DNA of 64,000 bases, taken from the IMG/VR virus record IMGVR_UViG_3300042887_005898; one strand, written 5' to 3'. This document shows, piece by piece, positions 10,278-19,523 of the stretch. The notes under the pieces were generated by a model. That model saw only the letters and a program-made list of their open reading frames with translations, was not told the origin of the DNA and did no database searches. A program made the translations under genes and the position numbers. The first letter of the stretch is position 1. Each line of letters opens with the position of its first letter. This DNA comes from an uncultured virus (IMG/VR IMGVR_UViG_3300042887_005898) (taxonomy: Duplodnaviria; Heunggongvirae; Uroviricota; Caudoviricetes).

Positions 10278-10352
10278 GACTTCGTAGCTCAGTTGGTTTA
10301 GAGCACCGCACTTTTAATGCGGGAGTCGTGGGTTCAAGTCCCACCGGGGTCA
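10278..10352 (+). tRNA. tRNA-Lys(UUU), second isodecoder
   Basis: CCGCA-CT-TTT-AA-TGCGG. Confidence 0.95.
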
Positions 10353-10363
10353 CTACTCTCTAT

Positions 10364-10435
10364 GGTCTCGTAACATAGAGGTTTATGTGCTGGTCTGAAA
10401 AACCAGAAATGCCAGATCGTTACTGGCCGAGACCA
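10364..10435 (+). tRNA. tRNA-Phe(GAA)
   Basis: CTGGT-CT-GAA-AA-ACCAG; acceptor GGTCTCG/CGAGACC. Confidence 0.9.
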
Positions 10436-10442
10436 CAAACAC

Positions 10443-10515
10443 GCGTCATTGGTGTAATGGCTTAGCATCTTCGGTTCCAACCCGAAGGGTCAGGGTTCGA
10501 GTCCTTGGTGACGTG
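10443..10515 (+). tRNA. tRNA-Trp(CCA)
   Basis: TTCGG-TT-CCA-AC-CCGAA; G73. Confidence 0.9.
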
Positions 10516-10527
10516 CAAAGAAAAAAT

Positions 10528-10659
10528 GGGGATGTAGCTCAGCGGTAGAGATTAATCTCTCTTTTAAAATTTTACCTCTATAAAAAGAGTGTTGATTAAA
10601 AGAGTTACTTCGTATATTTTGAACATATAAGGTCGTGGGTTCGAATCCCACCATCCCCA
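10528..10659 (+). ncRNA. tRNA-like RNA with ~55-nt structured insertion in the D region (anticodon possibly UGA)
   Basis: Perfect acceptor GGGGATG/CATCCCC, T arm GTGGG-TTCGAAT-CCCAC, arm TATAT-TT-TGA-AC-ATATA. Confidence 0.7.
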
Positions 10660-10666
10660 CTAATTT

Positions 10667-10749
10667 TCCTCTCATATCGGCCGTGTCTTCGAAACATGAG
10701 TACCGTAACGGATAATGAAAAATGGGGGTTCGAATCCCTCTGAGAGGAC
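10667..10749 (+). ncRNA. Atypical tRNA-Arg(UCG)-like RNA, D-arm reduced, long variable region
   Basis: Acceptor TCCTCTCA/TGAGAGGA; CGTGT-CT-TCG-AA-ACATG; T arm GGGGG-TTCGAAT-CCCTC. Confidence 0.65.
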
Positions 10750-10758
10750 TAAATATTT

Positions 10759-10845
10759 GGAGAGTGTCCGGTTGGTCGAGGATGGCGTCTTGAAAACGTT
10801 CTGGGTGTAAAAGCTTCTGGGGTTCGAATCCCTAATTCTCCGCCA
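10759..10845 (+). tRNA. tRNA-Ser(UGA)
   Basis: GGCGT-CT-TGA-AA-ACGTT, long variable arm, G73-CCA. Confidence 0.9.
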
Positions 10846-10851
10846 AAAAAT

Positions 10852-10936
10852 GGAAGATTGTCAGAGTGGTCTATTGTATCTCTTTGCTAAAGAGATGGAC
10901 GTAAAAGTTCCACAGGTTCGAATCCTGTATCTTCCG
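10852..10936 (+). tRNA. tRNA-Ser(GCU)
   Basis: TCTCT-TT-GCT-AA-AGAGA, long variable arm, G73. Confidence 0.93.
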
Positions 10937-10943
10937 CTAATAA

Positions 10944-11663
10944 TTAAGGTTTAATATTCAATTTAATTGACTCTGTGTCTCCTATTTTTGAATAAACCGC
11001 ACTTACAAATTCAGAACCTTTATTCATTAGGTCAATACACATTTTAGCACTACTACTATCACCTTTATCTAAATCCTCTTTTGCAGTACTTATAATCTTA
11101 TTTGCAGTAACTATTGCTGAATCTGCTATATTCACAGCATTCTGACCTAAGTTCTCGATCTCAATATTACCATCCTTCAAATCAACAAGATGAGCGATTG
11201 CTTTATTGATCTCCATTAAATCTAAATCAGTTTTACCTTTAATCATATTAAGCCAACCAATAGCAACATTAATTTGTTCATCTGGTATAGGTTGTCCTTT
11301 TGATTGTGCATAAGCAGATGATGTAGAAACCATAAGTAAAATTACGATAATAAGAGTAATGATTATCACCTTAAAAAGAACTGGATGTTTTTCTTTCCAT
11401 TTTGAAACAGTTGAGATTACCCACTCAAATACTTTTTTAAATTTATTGATTATTGCAAATCCAATTTTAGAAGCCTGAACTATAAATGAATAAAGCACAC
11501 TTACAATTTTATCTTTTATATAATTTGTAAAATCAATAATAGATTCATTGAAAACCTCTAAATTTAAATAATCAATGTATTCTGATTCAGTTATTTTTCC
11601 TTCTATGAACTGAATGGTCTTCAAATCAGTACTAGTAAAATCGTTAAATTTAAGTATTTTCAT
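10944..11663 (-). CDS. Hypothetical protein with central TM helix, possible virion protein
   Basis: MKILKFNDF N-terminus; hydrophobic VIIITLIIVILLMV. Confidence 0.7.
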   Translation of the reverse strand: MKILKFNDFTSTDLKTIQFIEGKITESEYIDYLNLEVFNESIIDFTNYIKDKIVSVLYSFIVQASKIGFAIINKFKKVFEWVISTVSKWKEKHPVLFKVIIITLIIVILLMVSTSSAYAQSKGQPIPDEQINVAIGWLNMIKGKTDLDLMEINKAIAHLVDLKDGNIEIENLGQNAVNIADSAIVTANKIISTAKEDLDKGDSSSAKMCIDLMNKGSEFVSAVYSKIGDTESIKLNIKP

Positions 11664-11748
11664 ATTTTTTGTTTATATTTCCTTAATTTATATATTAAAT
11701 TTGTTCAATTAAAATTTTATTCTTATATTTGATTAAAATCAACAAAAT

Positions 11749-12072
11749 ATGAAAAATCTACTACTCTTATTCTTCGTCTTGAGTTCACTCGTATCTTTTA
11801 CACAATCTAATCTTGACTCATCTAAGATTTCCGATTTACAGGTCATTGGTGATTCAGAGACATTTATCTATCAAAACTTTAACTCTGATACTCTCAAAGT
11901 TTTTGTTAGTGAAGATTCACAAATTATTATTTATGACAATTCTGGTAAGACAGTTGCTAAACAATCTATTGAAAAAGGTCTATCAAAAATTCCACTATCC
12001 GTAAGATCTTCTGTCTATATTGTAGAAATCTATGATAGTAAGTCAATCAACACCTTTAAAATCAAGAACTAA
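11749..12072 (+). CDS. Secreted protein resembling a T9SS type-A C-terminal sorting domain
   Basis: Signal peptide; IIIYDNSGKTV...VYIVEI...TFKIKN pattern. Confidence 0.55.
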   Translation: MKNLLLLFFVLSSLVSFTQSNLDSSKISDLQVIGDSETFIYQNFNSDTLKVFVSEDSQIIIYDNSGKTVAKQSIEKGLSKIPLSVRSSVYIVEIYDSKSINTFKIKN

Positions 12073-12091
12073 AAAATTAATATATCATATC

Positions 12092-12457
12092 ATGAAGACA
12101 CAACATAAAGCCATTTTAGGAGTAATTGTAATACTTATAATATTATCCTTATTATTCATTCTTTCAAAATCTACTTCTGAATCTAAACCCATAATTCAAA
12201 ATGAAGAATACAAAATTGACTCCATTATTTCTGATCCTTTACGGGTAGATACCGCAATTACACTTGGTCAAACAGATTCGCTACCTGTAAGAATAGTATC
12301 AGTAGAAAAAAACGCTAATAAGATTGTTAATGTTAAATATCAAGTTTTAACAGAAAACGGTTTGTTATACTATACAAACGAGAAATCAAAAGTAGGTGAT
12401 ACTGCTTTTTATATGGGTTCAAACGGCTTATTAATTGGTAAATTTTACTTTGAATAA
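12092..12457 (+). CDS. Membrane-anchored hypothetical protein
   Basis: Likely start MKTQHK; N-terminal TM helix. Confidence 0.65.
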   Translation: MKTQHKAILGVIVILIILSLLFILSKSTSESKPIIQNEEYKIDSIISDPLRVDTAITLGQTDSLPVRIVSVEKNANKIVNVKYQVLTENGLLYYTNEKSKVGDTAFYMGSNGLLIGKFYFE

Positions 12458-12837
12458 TGAAAAAAATCATACTCTGCCTTTTACTGTTCTTTAGTTTATC
12501 TGCTTTTTCTCAAAATCCTATTTATACTAGAGCTTATGAAATGTATATAGGAACATCTGATAGTGATAAGAAATCTTGGAAAGATAATCCTATAAAAGTC
12601 AATTTACTTATTCAAGTAGATCAAAATAAAATTACAATTCACAGTGATGTTGTACAAGTTTATCATACAATAAAGTTACTCTATGAAAATGAACAAGGTA
12701 CTACAAAGTGGTCTTGTTCTGACTTAAATGGTAAATCTTGTTATTTGACTATTGGATCACTAAATAGTAAAGGCTCAACATTTTTTCAAGTTGAGTATAA
12801 TGATTATACTTGGGTTTACTTTTGTAAAAGTGAATAA
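12457..12837 (+). CDS. Secreted hypothetical protein
   Basis: Signal peptide MKKIILCLLLFFSLSAFSQ. Confidence 0.7.
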   Translation: MKKIILCLLLFFSLSAFSQNPIYTRAYEMYIGTSDSDKKSWKDNPIKVNLLIQVDQNKITIHSDVVQVYHTIKLLYENEQGTTKWSCSDLNGKSCYLTIGSLNSKGSTFFQVEYNDYTWVYFCKSE

Positions 12838-12869
12838 TTTGTTTTATTAAAATATTTTTATTATATTTG
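12838..12869 (+). promoter_or_regulatory. Bacteroidota sigma-A type promoter (example of many)
   Basis: TTTG-N20-TATATTTG, 4 nt upstream of the ATG at 12874. Confidence 0.75.
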
Positions 12870-12873
12870 TTAT

Positions 12874-13446
12874 ATGAAAGTTATATTTCTCGATCACGAT
12901 GGTGTTATCTGTTTATCAGACAACTGGGGAACTCGTTTTAACAAACAAAAAAAAGTTAGAACTAAAATGAGTCAGTCGGTTATGTCTATGCCAGTTGATG
13001 CTCGTTTCGACAATTTTGATAAAAAAGCAATAAAAGTCTTAAATGAAATATTAGAGACAACTGATGTAGAAATCGTTGTTTCTTCTGATTGGAAAACTTG
13101 GGCTTCAGTTGAAGAAATGGGAGATTACTATGAAAGTCAAGGAATTAAAAAACGACCAATTGACTTCACAGGAAATGTAATTGATAGAAAAAAAATCAAA
13201 TGGCACAGAAATTGGGACTTAGAAGGAACAAGGAGTTTAGAGATTCAAGCTTGGCTTGAACAACATCCTGAAGTAACACATTGGGTTGCTGTTGACGATT
13301 TAAGATTGGGAAAGACTGGTTTAGATTATGCCGTTGAGTTTTATCACGAGTGGGGATTGGTTAATTTTGTTTATACTCCATTAAGCAATCAAGGAATTAA
13401 ACAATCTGGTGTTAAAGATAAAATAATAAATTTTTTAACTGACTAA
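12874..13446 (+). CDS. HAD-family phosphatase (HAD_SAK_2-like, RNA-repair associated)
   Basis: IFLDHDGV, IVVSSDWK, RSLEIQAWL, WVAVDD. Confidence 0.85.
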   Translation: MKVIFLDHDGVICLSDNWGTRFNKQKKVRTKMSQSVMSMPVDARFDNFDKKAIKVLNEILETTDVEIVVSSDWKTWASVEEMGDYYESQGIKKRPIDFTGNVIDRKKIKWHRNWDLEGTRSLEIQAWLEQHPEVTHWVAVDDLRLGKTGLDYAVEFYHEWGLVNFVYTPLSNQGIKQSGVKDKIINFLTD

Positions 13447-13640
13447 ACTTTTAAGAGAAAAAAGTATAAAAAAATCTCTAACAAAAATTTGGTGAAATGA
13501 AAAACACACCTTATATTTGTAAAATCAATGAGAGAAAAAATATTAAAAATTTCTCTCAACTTTTAAGAGAAAAAAGTATAAAAAAATCTCTAACAAAAAT
13601 TTGGTGAAATGAAAAAAACACCTTATATTTGTAAAATCAA

Positions 13641-13641
<1 letters not shown>
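13446..13641 (+). repeat. 84-bp direct repeat (13446-13529, 13558-13641), each copy containing a host-type promoter
   Basis: Near-identical copies with TTTGGTG...TTATATTTG. Confidence 0.93.
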
Positions 13642-14565
<924 letters not shown>

Positions 14566-14572
14566 CTAATTT

Positions 14573-14680
14573 GGCCCGGTCGTCTAGCGGTGTTTGTTTG
14601 AAAAAACAGATGTTGGATTTTCCATCAGGACTATCGACTTTTAAGTCTGATAAACAGAGGTTCGAATCCTCTCCGGGCTA
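14573..14680 (+). ncRNA. tRNA-like RNA (Glu-type body) with D-loop insertion and distorted anticodon arm
   Basis: GGCCCGG/CCGGGCT acceptor; TCGTCTAGCGG-[insert]-AGGAC; T arm AGAGG-TTCGAAT-CCTCT. Confidence 0.7.
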
Positions 14681-14691
14681 CAAAAAAAAAT

Positions 14692-14805
14692 GGCGTGTTC
14701 GTCTAGCGGACAATCTCTTTAAGAGAGAACTCGAAACCGAAAGGTCGAAGGTTTAGGACCACCACTTCACTGTTGGTGACATTGGTTCGAATCCAATACA
14801 CGCTA
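14692..14805 (+). ncRNA. tRNA-like RNA (Glu-type body) with D-loop insertion and 9-nt anticodon loop
   Basis: GGCGTGT/ACACGCT acceptor; TCGTCTAGCGG-[two hairpins]-AGGAC; CACCA-CTTCACTGT-TGGTG. Confidence 0.7.
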
Positions 14806-14811
14806 CAACAT

Positions 14812-14883
14812 TGCGGGATAGAGCAGAGGTAGCTCGCAAGGCTCATAACCTTGAGGTCACAGGTTCGAATCCTGTTCCCGCTA
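14812..14883 (+). tRNA. tRNA-Met(CAU), initiator-like
   Basis: CAAGG-CT-CAT-AA-CCTTG; 1:72 mismatch and A11:U24. Confidence 0.9.
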
Positions 14884-14899
14884 CTAAATCTAAAATTTA

Positions 14900-15397
14900 A
14901 TGGCAAACGTTTGTACTACTGACATTACCTTTAATTCTAATGAAGAAGGTATTAATTGGCTTGAAAATCAAATCGAAATTCTAAGAGAAACAAAATACGA
15001 AGATCGAGTCGAAAAGTTTTTCGAATTATTCAAATCACCTGGTGTTGAAGACTATGTAGAAGCCATGGGTTCAAAGTGGGTTGATTTTGGATCAAACTGG
15101 GAAAGAGACGGTGACGAATGTTACATTCTTCAAACTGAATCTGCTTGGAATTACCCAGATCAAATGATTAAGAATATTGTTGCTAAATTGTTGGAGTTTG
15201 ATGATACTTCAAATGCAACTGGAAGATATTGGGATGAAACTTATTCACCAATAGGTATTTTTGAATGTAATAGCACAGGTTTACACTCGGCCGAAACTAA
15301 TATTACAGAGGATCAAGAAGAATGGGAAGAAGAGAATCCTGATGGTTACTTCTTCGAAGAAGTTGTTGAAAGAGCTTTCTATGATTTAGAATTGTAA
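14900..15397 (+). CDS. Acidic hypothetical protein (DUF1281/YubB ferredoxin-like)
   Basis: MANVCTTDI, GSKW, ESAWNYP pattern. Confidence 0.55.
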   Translation: MANVCTTDITFNSNEEGINWLENQIEILRETKYEDRVEKFFELFKSPGVEDYVEAMGSKWVDFGSNWERDGDECYILQTESAWNYPDQMIKNIVAKLLEFDDTSNATGRYWDETYSPIGIFECNSTGLHSAETNITEDQEEWEEENPDGYFFEEVVERAFYDLEL

Positions 15398-15417
15398 TTC
15401 ATTTCAAACTATATAAT

Positions 15418-15445
15418 AAGTCCAGTAATTTTACTGGACTTTTTT
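15418..15445 (+). terminator. Intrinsic terminator
   Basis: AAGTCCAGTAA-TT-TTACTGGACTT plus T run. Confidence 0.85.
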
Positions 15446-15511
15446 ATGTGTTCAACTCTAAAAATTGAAATGTGTAACTAACTATTCCAATTTTAGTTCA
15501 TATAATAATAT

Positions 15512-16228
15512 ATGATACAAAATCTAATACTTGGTGACTGTTTAACCGAAATGTCTAAAATAGAATCGGATTCTATTGATTTAATTGTGACTTCACCTCC
15601 ATATAATAAGAAAGGTCTTTCAGGTGGTAAAGTAAACCCAGGAAATCAAATCTGGAAAAAATTCAACATTGATTATTCTGAATATGATGATAATCTTCCA
15701 GAGGAAGAATATCAAAATTGGATGATTGAAATTTTGAACGAAATGAAAAGAATTATAAAACCAAACGGTTCAATATTTTTCAATCATAAACCAAGAAGAC
15801 ACAAAAATAAGGTCTATTTACCAACTGATTTTATATCAAAGTCTGGTTTAGATCTTTATCAGTTAATTATTTGGAATAGAGCCTCTAGTCCTAATGTAAG
15901 AAAAGATGTTTTACTTCCTTGTACTGAGCATATCTATTGGTTAACTAAATCAAAGCCTAAAACATTCAAAGAAAATTTAGACTCATCTTATCATACGGAA
16001 ATTTGGAATATATCAGCCGAAAGAGGCAGTAGACATCCTGCTCCTTTCCCATCTAAACTTGTAGAGAATTGTATTAAGTTAACAACAGAAGAAAATGATA
16101 TAGTTTTAGATCCATTTTTAGGTTCTGGTACAACTGCTGTTGTTGCTAAAAAACTAAAAAGACAATATATTGGAATCGAGTTAGATCAAAACTATATTGA
16201 TTTAACTAATACAAGACTTAATGAGTAA
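15512..16228 (+). CDS. DNA amino-methyltransferase (N4-C/N6-A, beta class)
   Basis: DLIVTSPPY, HPAPFP, VLDPFLGSGTT. Confidence 0.95.
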   Translation: MIQNLILGDCLTEMSKIESDSIDLIVTSPPYNKKGLSGGKVNPGNQIWKKFNIDYSEYDDNLPEEEYQNWMIEILNEMKRIIKPNGSIFFNHKPRRHKNKVYLPTDFISKSGLDLYQLIIWNRASSPNVRKDVLLPCTEHIYWLTKSKPKTFKENLDSSYHTEIWNISAERGSRHPAPFPSKLVENCIKLTTEENDIVLDPFLGSGTTAVVAKKLKRQYIGIELDQNYIDLTNTRLNE

Positions 16229-16880
16229 ATAAATGTTTATGTACATGCCAAAGTACATTATATCTATTACTTGGGTTTCTTTTACCTTCTCTTTGTAAGT
16301 GAAAATAAGTAGCACCGTCACTATTTTTTAAGTGAATACCACCTTTCATAAATACCCAATGACAATCTTTAATTTTTTCTAAAATTTCATCATAAGTAAT
16401 CAAGTACTCAACATTGTTTTTGATATCATTGTAAACTACGATATTGATACCAAATCCGTTTCTGACGATTAAATCAACAATTTTTTCTTTGTTTTTTTCT
16501 AAAAAATTACGAAAAGAGTTGACATATTCTTCGTCTATTTCTTGAATAGTGAATCTATCCTTATTTTTATTTTTAATGTCTTTACTACCACAGAATAGTT
16601 TGATGAACTCTGTCGATTTATCATCAAGATCAAAACCTTTGATAAAGTGATTTTGTGTAGTTAAATGTATTTGTGTACTAATGCCACTTGCATTTTTGAT
16701 ACTGAAGTTATTAACACCGTCAGTGCCATCGACTTTAGTTCGAGTACCACCAACTTGTGTTAAGTTGTGTTTGTCACAGATCATTTTTTCTTTGATACCT
16801 GAGTATTCTTCTCTAATTAAAAAACCTCTTTCTTTGTTTAGTGGCATAAAGTATTTATTAATATTGTAAATATATGACAA
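16218..16880 (-). CDS. Probable type II restriction endonuclease (PD-(D/E)xK)
   Basis: Convergent and overlapping with the MTase; KVDG...SIK candidate catalytic motif. Confidence 0.6.
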   Translation of the reverse strand: MSYIYNINKYFMPLNKERGFLIREEYSGIKEKMICDKHNLTQVGGTRTKVDGTDGVNNFSIKNASGISTQIHLTTQNHFIKGFDLDDKSTEFIKLFCGSKDIKNKNKDRFTIQEIDEEYVNSFRNFLEKNKEKIVDLIVRNGFGINIVVYNDIKNNVEYLITYDEILEKIKDCHWVFMKGGIHLKNSDGATYFHLQREGKRNPSNRYNVLWHVHKHLFTH

Positions 16881-16930
16881 AATATTAAGTAAGTCAAGAA
16901 AATAGTAGAAAAATTTTTATATATAATATT

Positions 16931-18463
16931 ATGTTAAAAAAGTACAATGATTTTCTATTTGAGTCTCTAATATTAGAGTCTGTAGTTGTTTACTCTGACA
17001 AGTTCAGAGAGCTTCTTAAAAAAATTGATTCTCCTGTATCACAGGCCTTATTAGACTTTGATTCGATGGATCTTAAAGTTTCTAATAATTATCTAGATGT
17101 AAATGATAAAGAAACTATTAGTTTCATTACAGATAGAAAAGCTCAAGAGATTTTAAATCAAAAAGATAAATTTGCAATCTATGTTGGTGGTTCTGGTTTT
17201 TTGAAGCACTCAGAAGCAAATAGTGAAATATTTGAATTACTAGAGTATGAACCAATCGGTGATTCAACTTATCATCCACAAAATGGTGAAAAAGGTGAAA
17301 TACTTAAAAAGGCTCAGTCACCTAATTCAGGTAATGTTTATGTTAAAATAAAGTTTCCTGGTGGATTAACTGTTATTAATGAAACAAATTTAAGAGCTGT
17401 AAATGTTGAACTTTTACCCTTCGAGCAAAATAGACAAACTATTAGAATCGGAAGAGGAATAAAAGGAATATTAAATGCTACTGATCAAAAGTTTACTGAC
17501 TCTGATATTGAGCAATTTGTAAATAAGTATAAGTCAGCTTGGGATGAGATGAATGATATTTTTAGAAAGTTTGAATTAGTTAGTGGAGAAAAAATTGCTT
17601 TCTGGTATAATTACCAAAACTATGCTGAAAACAGAGGTACTATGGGTAGTTCTTGTATGAGACATGTTAGACCAGATTTTTTTGATATTTATGTAAAGAA
17701 CCCTGATAAGGTTTCATTATTGATTCTTAAATCAGATGATGATCAAAAGATTAAAGCAAGAGCTCTTGTTTGGAATTTAGATAATCCAAAAGTTACTTTT
17801 GTTGATAGAATTTACACAAACGATGATTCTGATGTTAATTTATTCAAACAATATGCTGACAGCAAAGGGTGGTATTATAAGAGAAATCAAAATAGCTCAA
17901 ATGACCGAATTTTAATTGGTAAGGATGGTGTTACTTTAGATGAGGGACCACTTTTAGTAACTTTACTAAATGAGAATAACGGTGGTTACAGAAACTATCC
18001 ATATTTAGATACATTGAAATATTTTAATACTTCTTCTGGTGAGTTAACAACACAAGATAAAAGAGGACATTCATATGTTATAACACTTGAGGATACTGGC
18101 GGAAGATGGATCGAAGACGGATGTGATACTTGTGGTGGTGATGGAAGAGTAGATTGTCCAGAGTGTGGAGGAAGTTGTGAAATTAACTGTAGTGATTGTT
18201 ATTCAAGATCAGCTAGAAGAAGTACCGGTAAAGTTGAGTGTGAAGAGTGTAGTGGTGCTGGTGAAATGGATTGTGATGATTGTGAGGGTCAAGGTGAAAT
18301 AGATGGTGAATCATGTGGTCTTTGTGAAGGTTCTGGTAAAAAACAGTGTGATGATTGTGATGGTGATGGCGAAGTAGATTGTGATGAGTGTGGTGGAAGA
18401 GGCGAGTACGAATGTGGTAATTGTGATGGTGATGGACGAGTAGATTGTCCAGATTGTCAGTAA
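16931..18463 (+). CDS. Putative virion protein with SSCM/ARALVW/DRIY core and long CxxCxGxG repeat tail
   Basis: MLKKYNDFLFES N-terminus; paralog of 4950..6284. Confidence 0.75.
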   Translation: MLKKYNDFLFESLILESVVVYSDKFRELLKKIDSPVSQALLDFDSMDLKVSNNYLDVNDKETISFITDRKAQEILNQKDKFAIYVGGSGFLKHSEANSEIFELLEYEPIGDSTYHPQNGEKGEILKKAQSPNSGNVYVKIKFPGGLTVINETNLRAVNVELLPFEQNRQTIRIGRGIKGILNATDQKFTDSDIEQFVNKYKSAWDEMNDIFRKFELVSGEKIAFWYNYQNYAENRGTMGSSCMRHVRPDFFDIYVKNPDKVSLLILKSDDDQKIKARALVWNLDNPKVTFVDRIYTNDDSDVNLFKQYADSKGWYYKRNQNSSNDRILIGKDGVTLDEGPLLVTLLNENNGGYRNYPYLDTLKYFNTSSGELTTQDKRGHSYVITLEDTGGRWIEDGCDTCGGDGRVDCPECGGSCEINCSDCYSRSARRSTGKVECEECSGAGEMDCDDCEGQGEIDGESCGLCEGSGKKQCDDCDGDGEVDCDECGGRGEYECGNCDGDGRVDCPDCQ

Positions 18464-18517
18464 TATATTTGTTTACTTGAAAATTTTTTCTTATATTTGT
18501 TCATATAAATAGAAATT

Positions 18518-19123
18518 ATGAACATTTGGTTTACATCTGATACTCATTTTGGACACACAAATATAGCCGGTTCTAAAGTTTCTTCTTGGAAATCTGGATT
18601 CAGAAACTTCAACTCAGTTCACGAAATGAACTGCTCTATTGTTGATAATATTAATAAATATGTTAAAGAAGACGATATATTATATCATTTAGGTGATTGG
18701 AGTTTTGGTGGTGTTCACAATATACTACAATTCAGAAATTTAATTGTGTGTAAAAATATACATCTAATATTGGGAAATCACGACCAACATATTGTTGATA
18801 AAGAAATCAAGTATCACGATTCTTCATTTAATCCAATTAAATTATTTTCTTCTGTACAAGATGTTTTAAATCTAGAAATTGGCAAGCAAAAATTATTTCT
18901 TTCACATTATTCACATCGTGTTTGGAATGGAAGCCATAAAGGCGTTATACATCTATATGGGCACTCACACGGTTCTATACCAGACTATGGTAAATCTATG
19001 GATGTTGGAGTCGATGTAGCTTATAAGATATTTAATGAATATAGACCATTCAACATTGGTGATATTATTCATATAATGTCTAAGAAAGAAATAAGCGAAA
19101 TTGACCATCATGCAACAAGATAA
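18518..19123 (+). CDS. Calcineurin-like metallophosphoesterase
   Basis: SDTHFGH, LGDW, GNHD, HLYGHSH. Confidence 0.92.
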   Translation: MNIWFTSDTHFGHTNIAGSKVSSWKSGFRNFNSVHEMNCSIVDNINKYVKEDDILYHLGDWSFGGVHNILQFRNLIVCKNIHLILGNHDQHIVDKEIKYHDSSFNPIKLFSSVQDVLNLEIGKQKLFLSHYSHRVWNGSHKGVIHLYGHSHGSIPDYGKSMDVGVDVAYKIFNEYRPFNIGDIIHIMSKKEISEIDHHATR

Positions 19124-19523
19124 GTTTGATAAAATAGTTAATTTATGGAAAAAAGAAATTGAATCTATTAATATAGATGGTTTTTCAAGAACTGTGGAGT
19201 CTGTGAATTTCTTCCCAATGCAGAGTAGATACCATCCTCATAGTTTAGCTTGGAAGGCTAACTTTAATTTCAAAGATGGAATAAGTGATGGTGTAAATAC
19301 GATAGTTGTCCCATCAATGTGGGAAATTGAACTAAATAAATTATTTATTTCAAAATTTGGCGACAAGTGGAAAGAAGGTCCTAATTATGGTGAGTTTCAG
19401 TTTCATAACAATCTATGTGACTATATGACTTATCAAAAACATAGATTTATTATACAGTTTTATCCTGATCAGTTTTTGTCTTTATTGAGAAATGAATCTA
19501 TAGAAAAAATACTTGAAAAATGA
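19101..19523 (+). CDS. Hypothetical protein with C-terminal tag
   Basis: Ends LRNESIEKILEK. Confidence 0.6.
   Translation: MTIMQQDKFDKIVNLWKKEIESINIDGFSRTVESVNFFPMQSRYHPHSLAWKANFNFKDGISDGVNTIVVPSMWEIELNKLFISKFGDKWKEGPNYGEFQFHNNLCDYMTYQKHRFIIQFYPDQFLSLLRNESIEKILEK

Noticed and set aside
14692..14805. Opal suppressor or tRNA-Sec (CT-TCA in loop)
   Set aside because: Loop is 9 nt, body is Glu-like and there is no long variable arm; anticodon cannot be assigned
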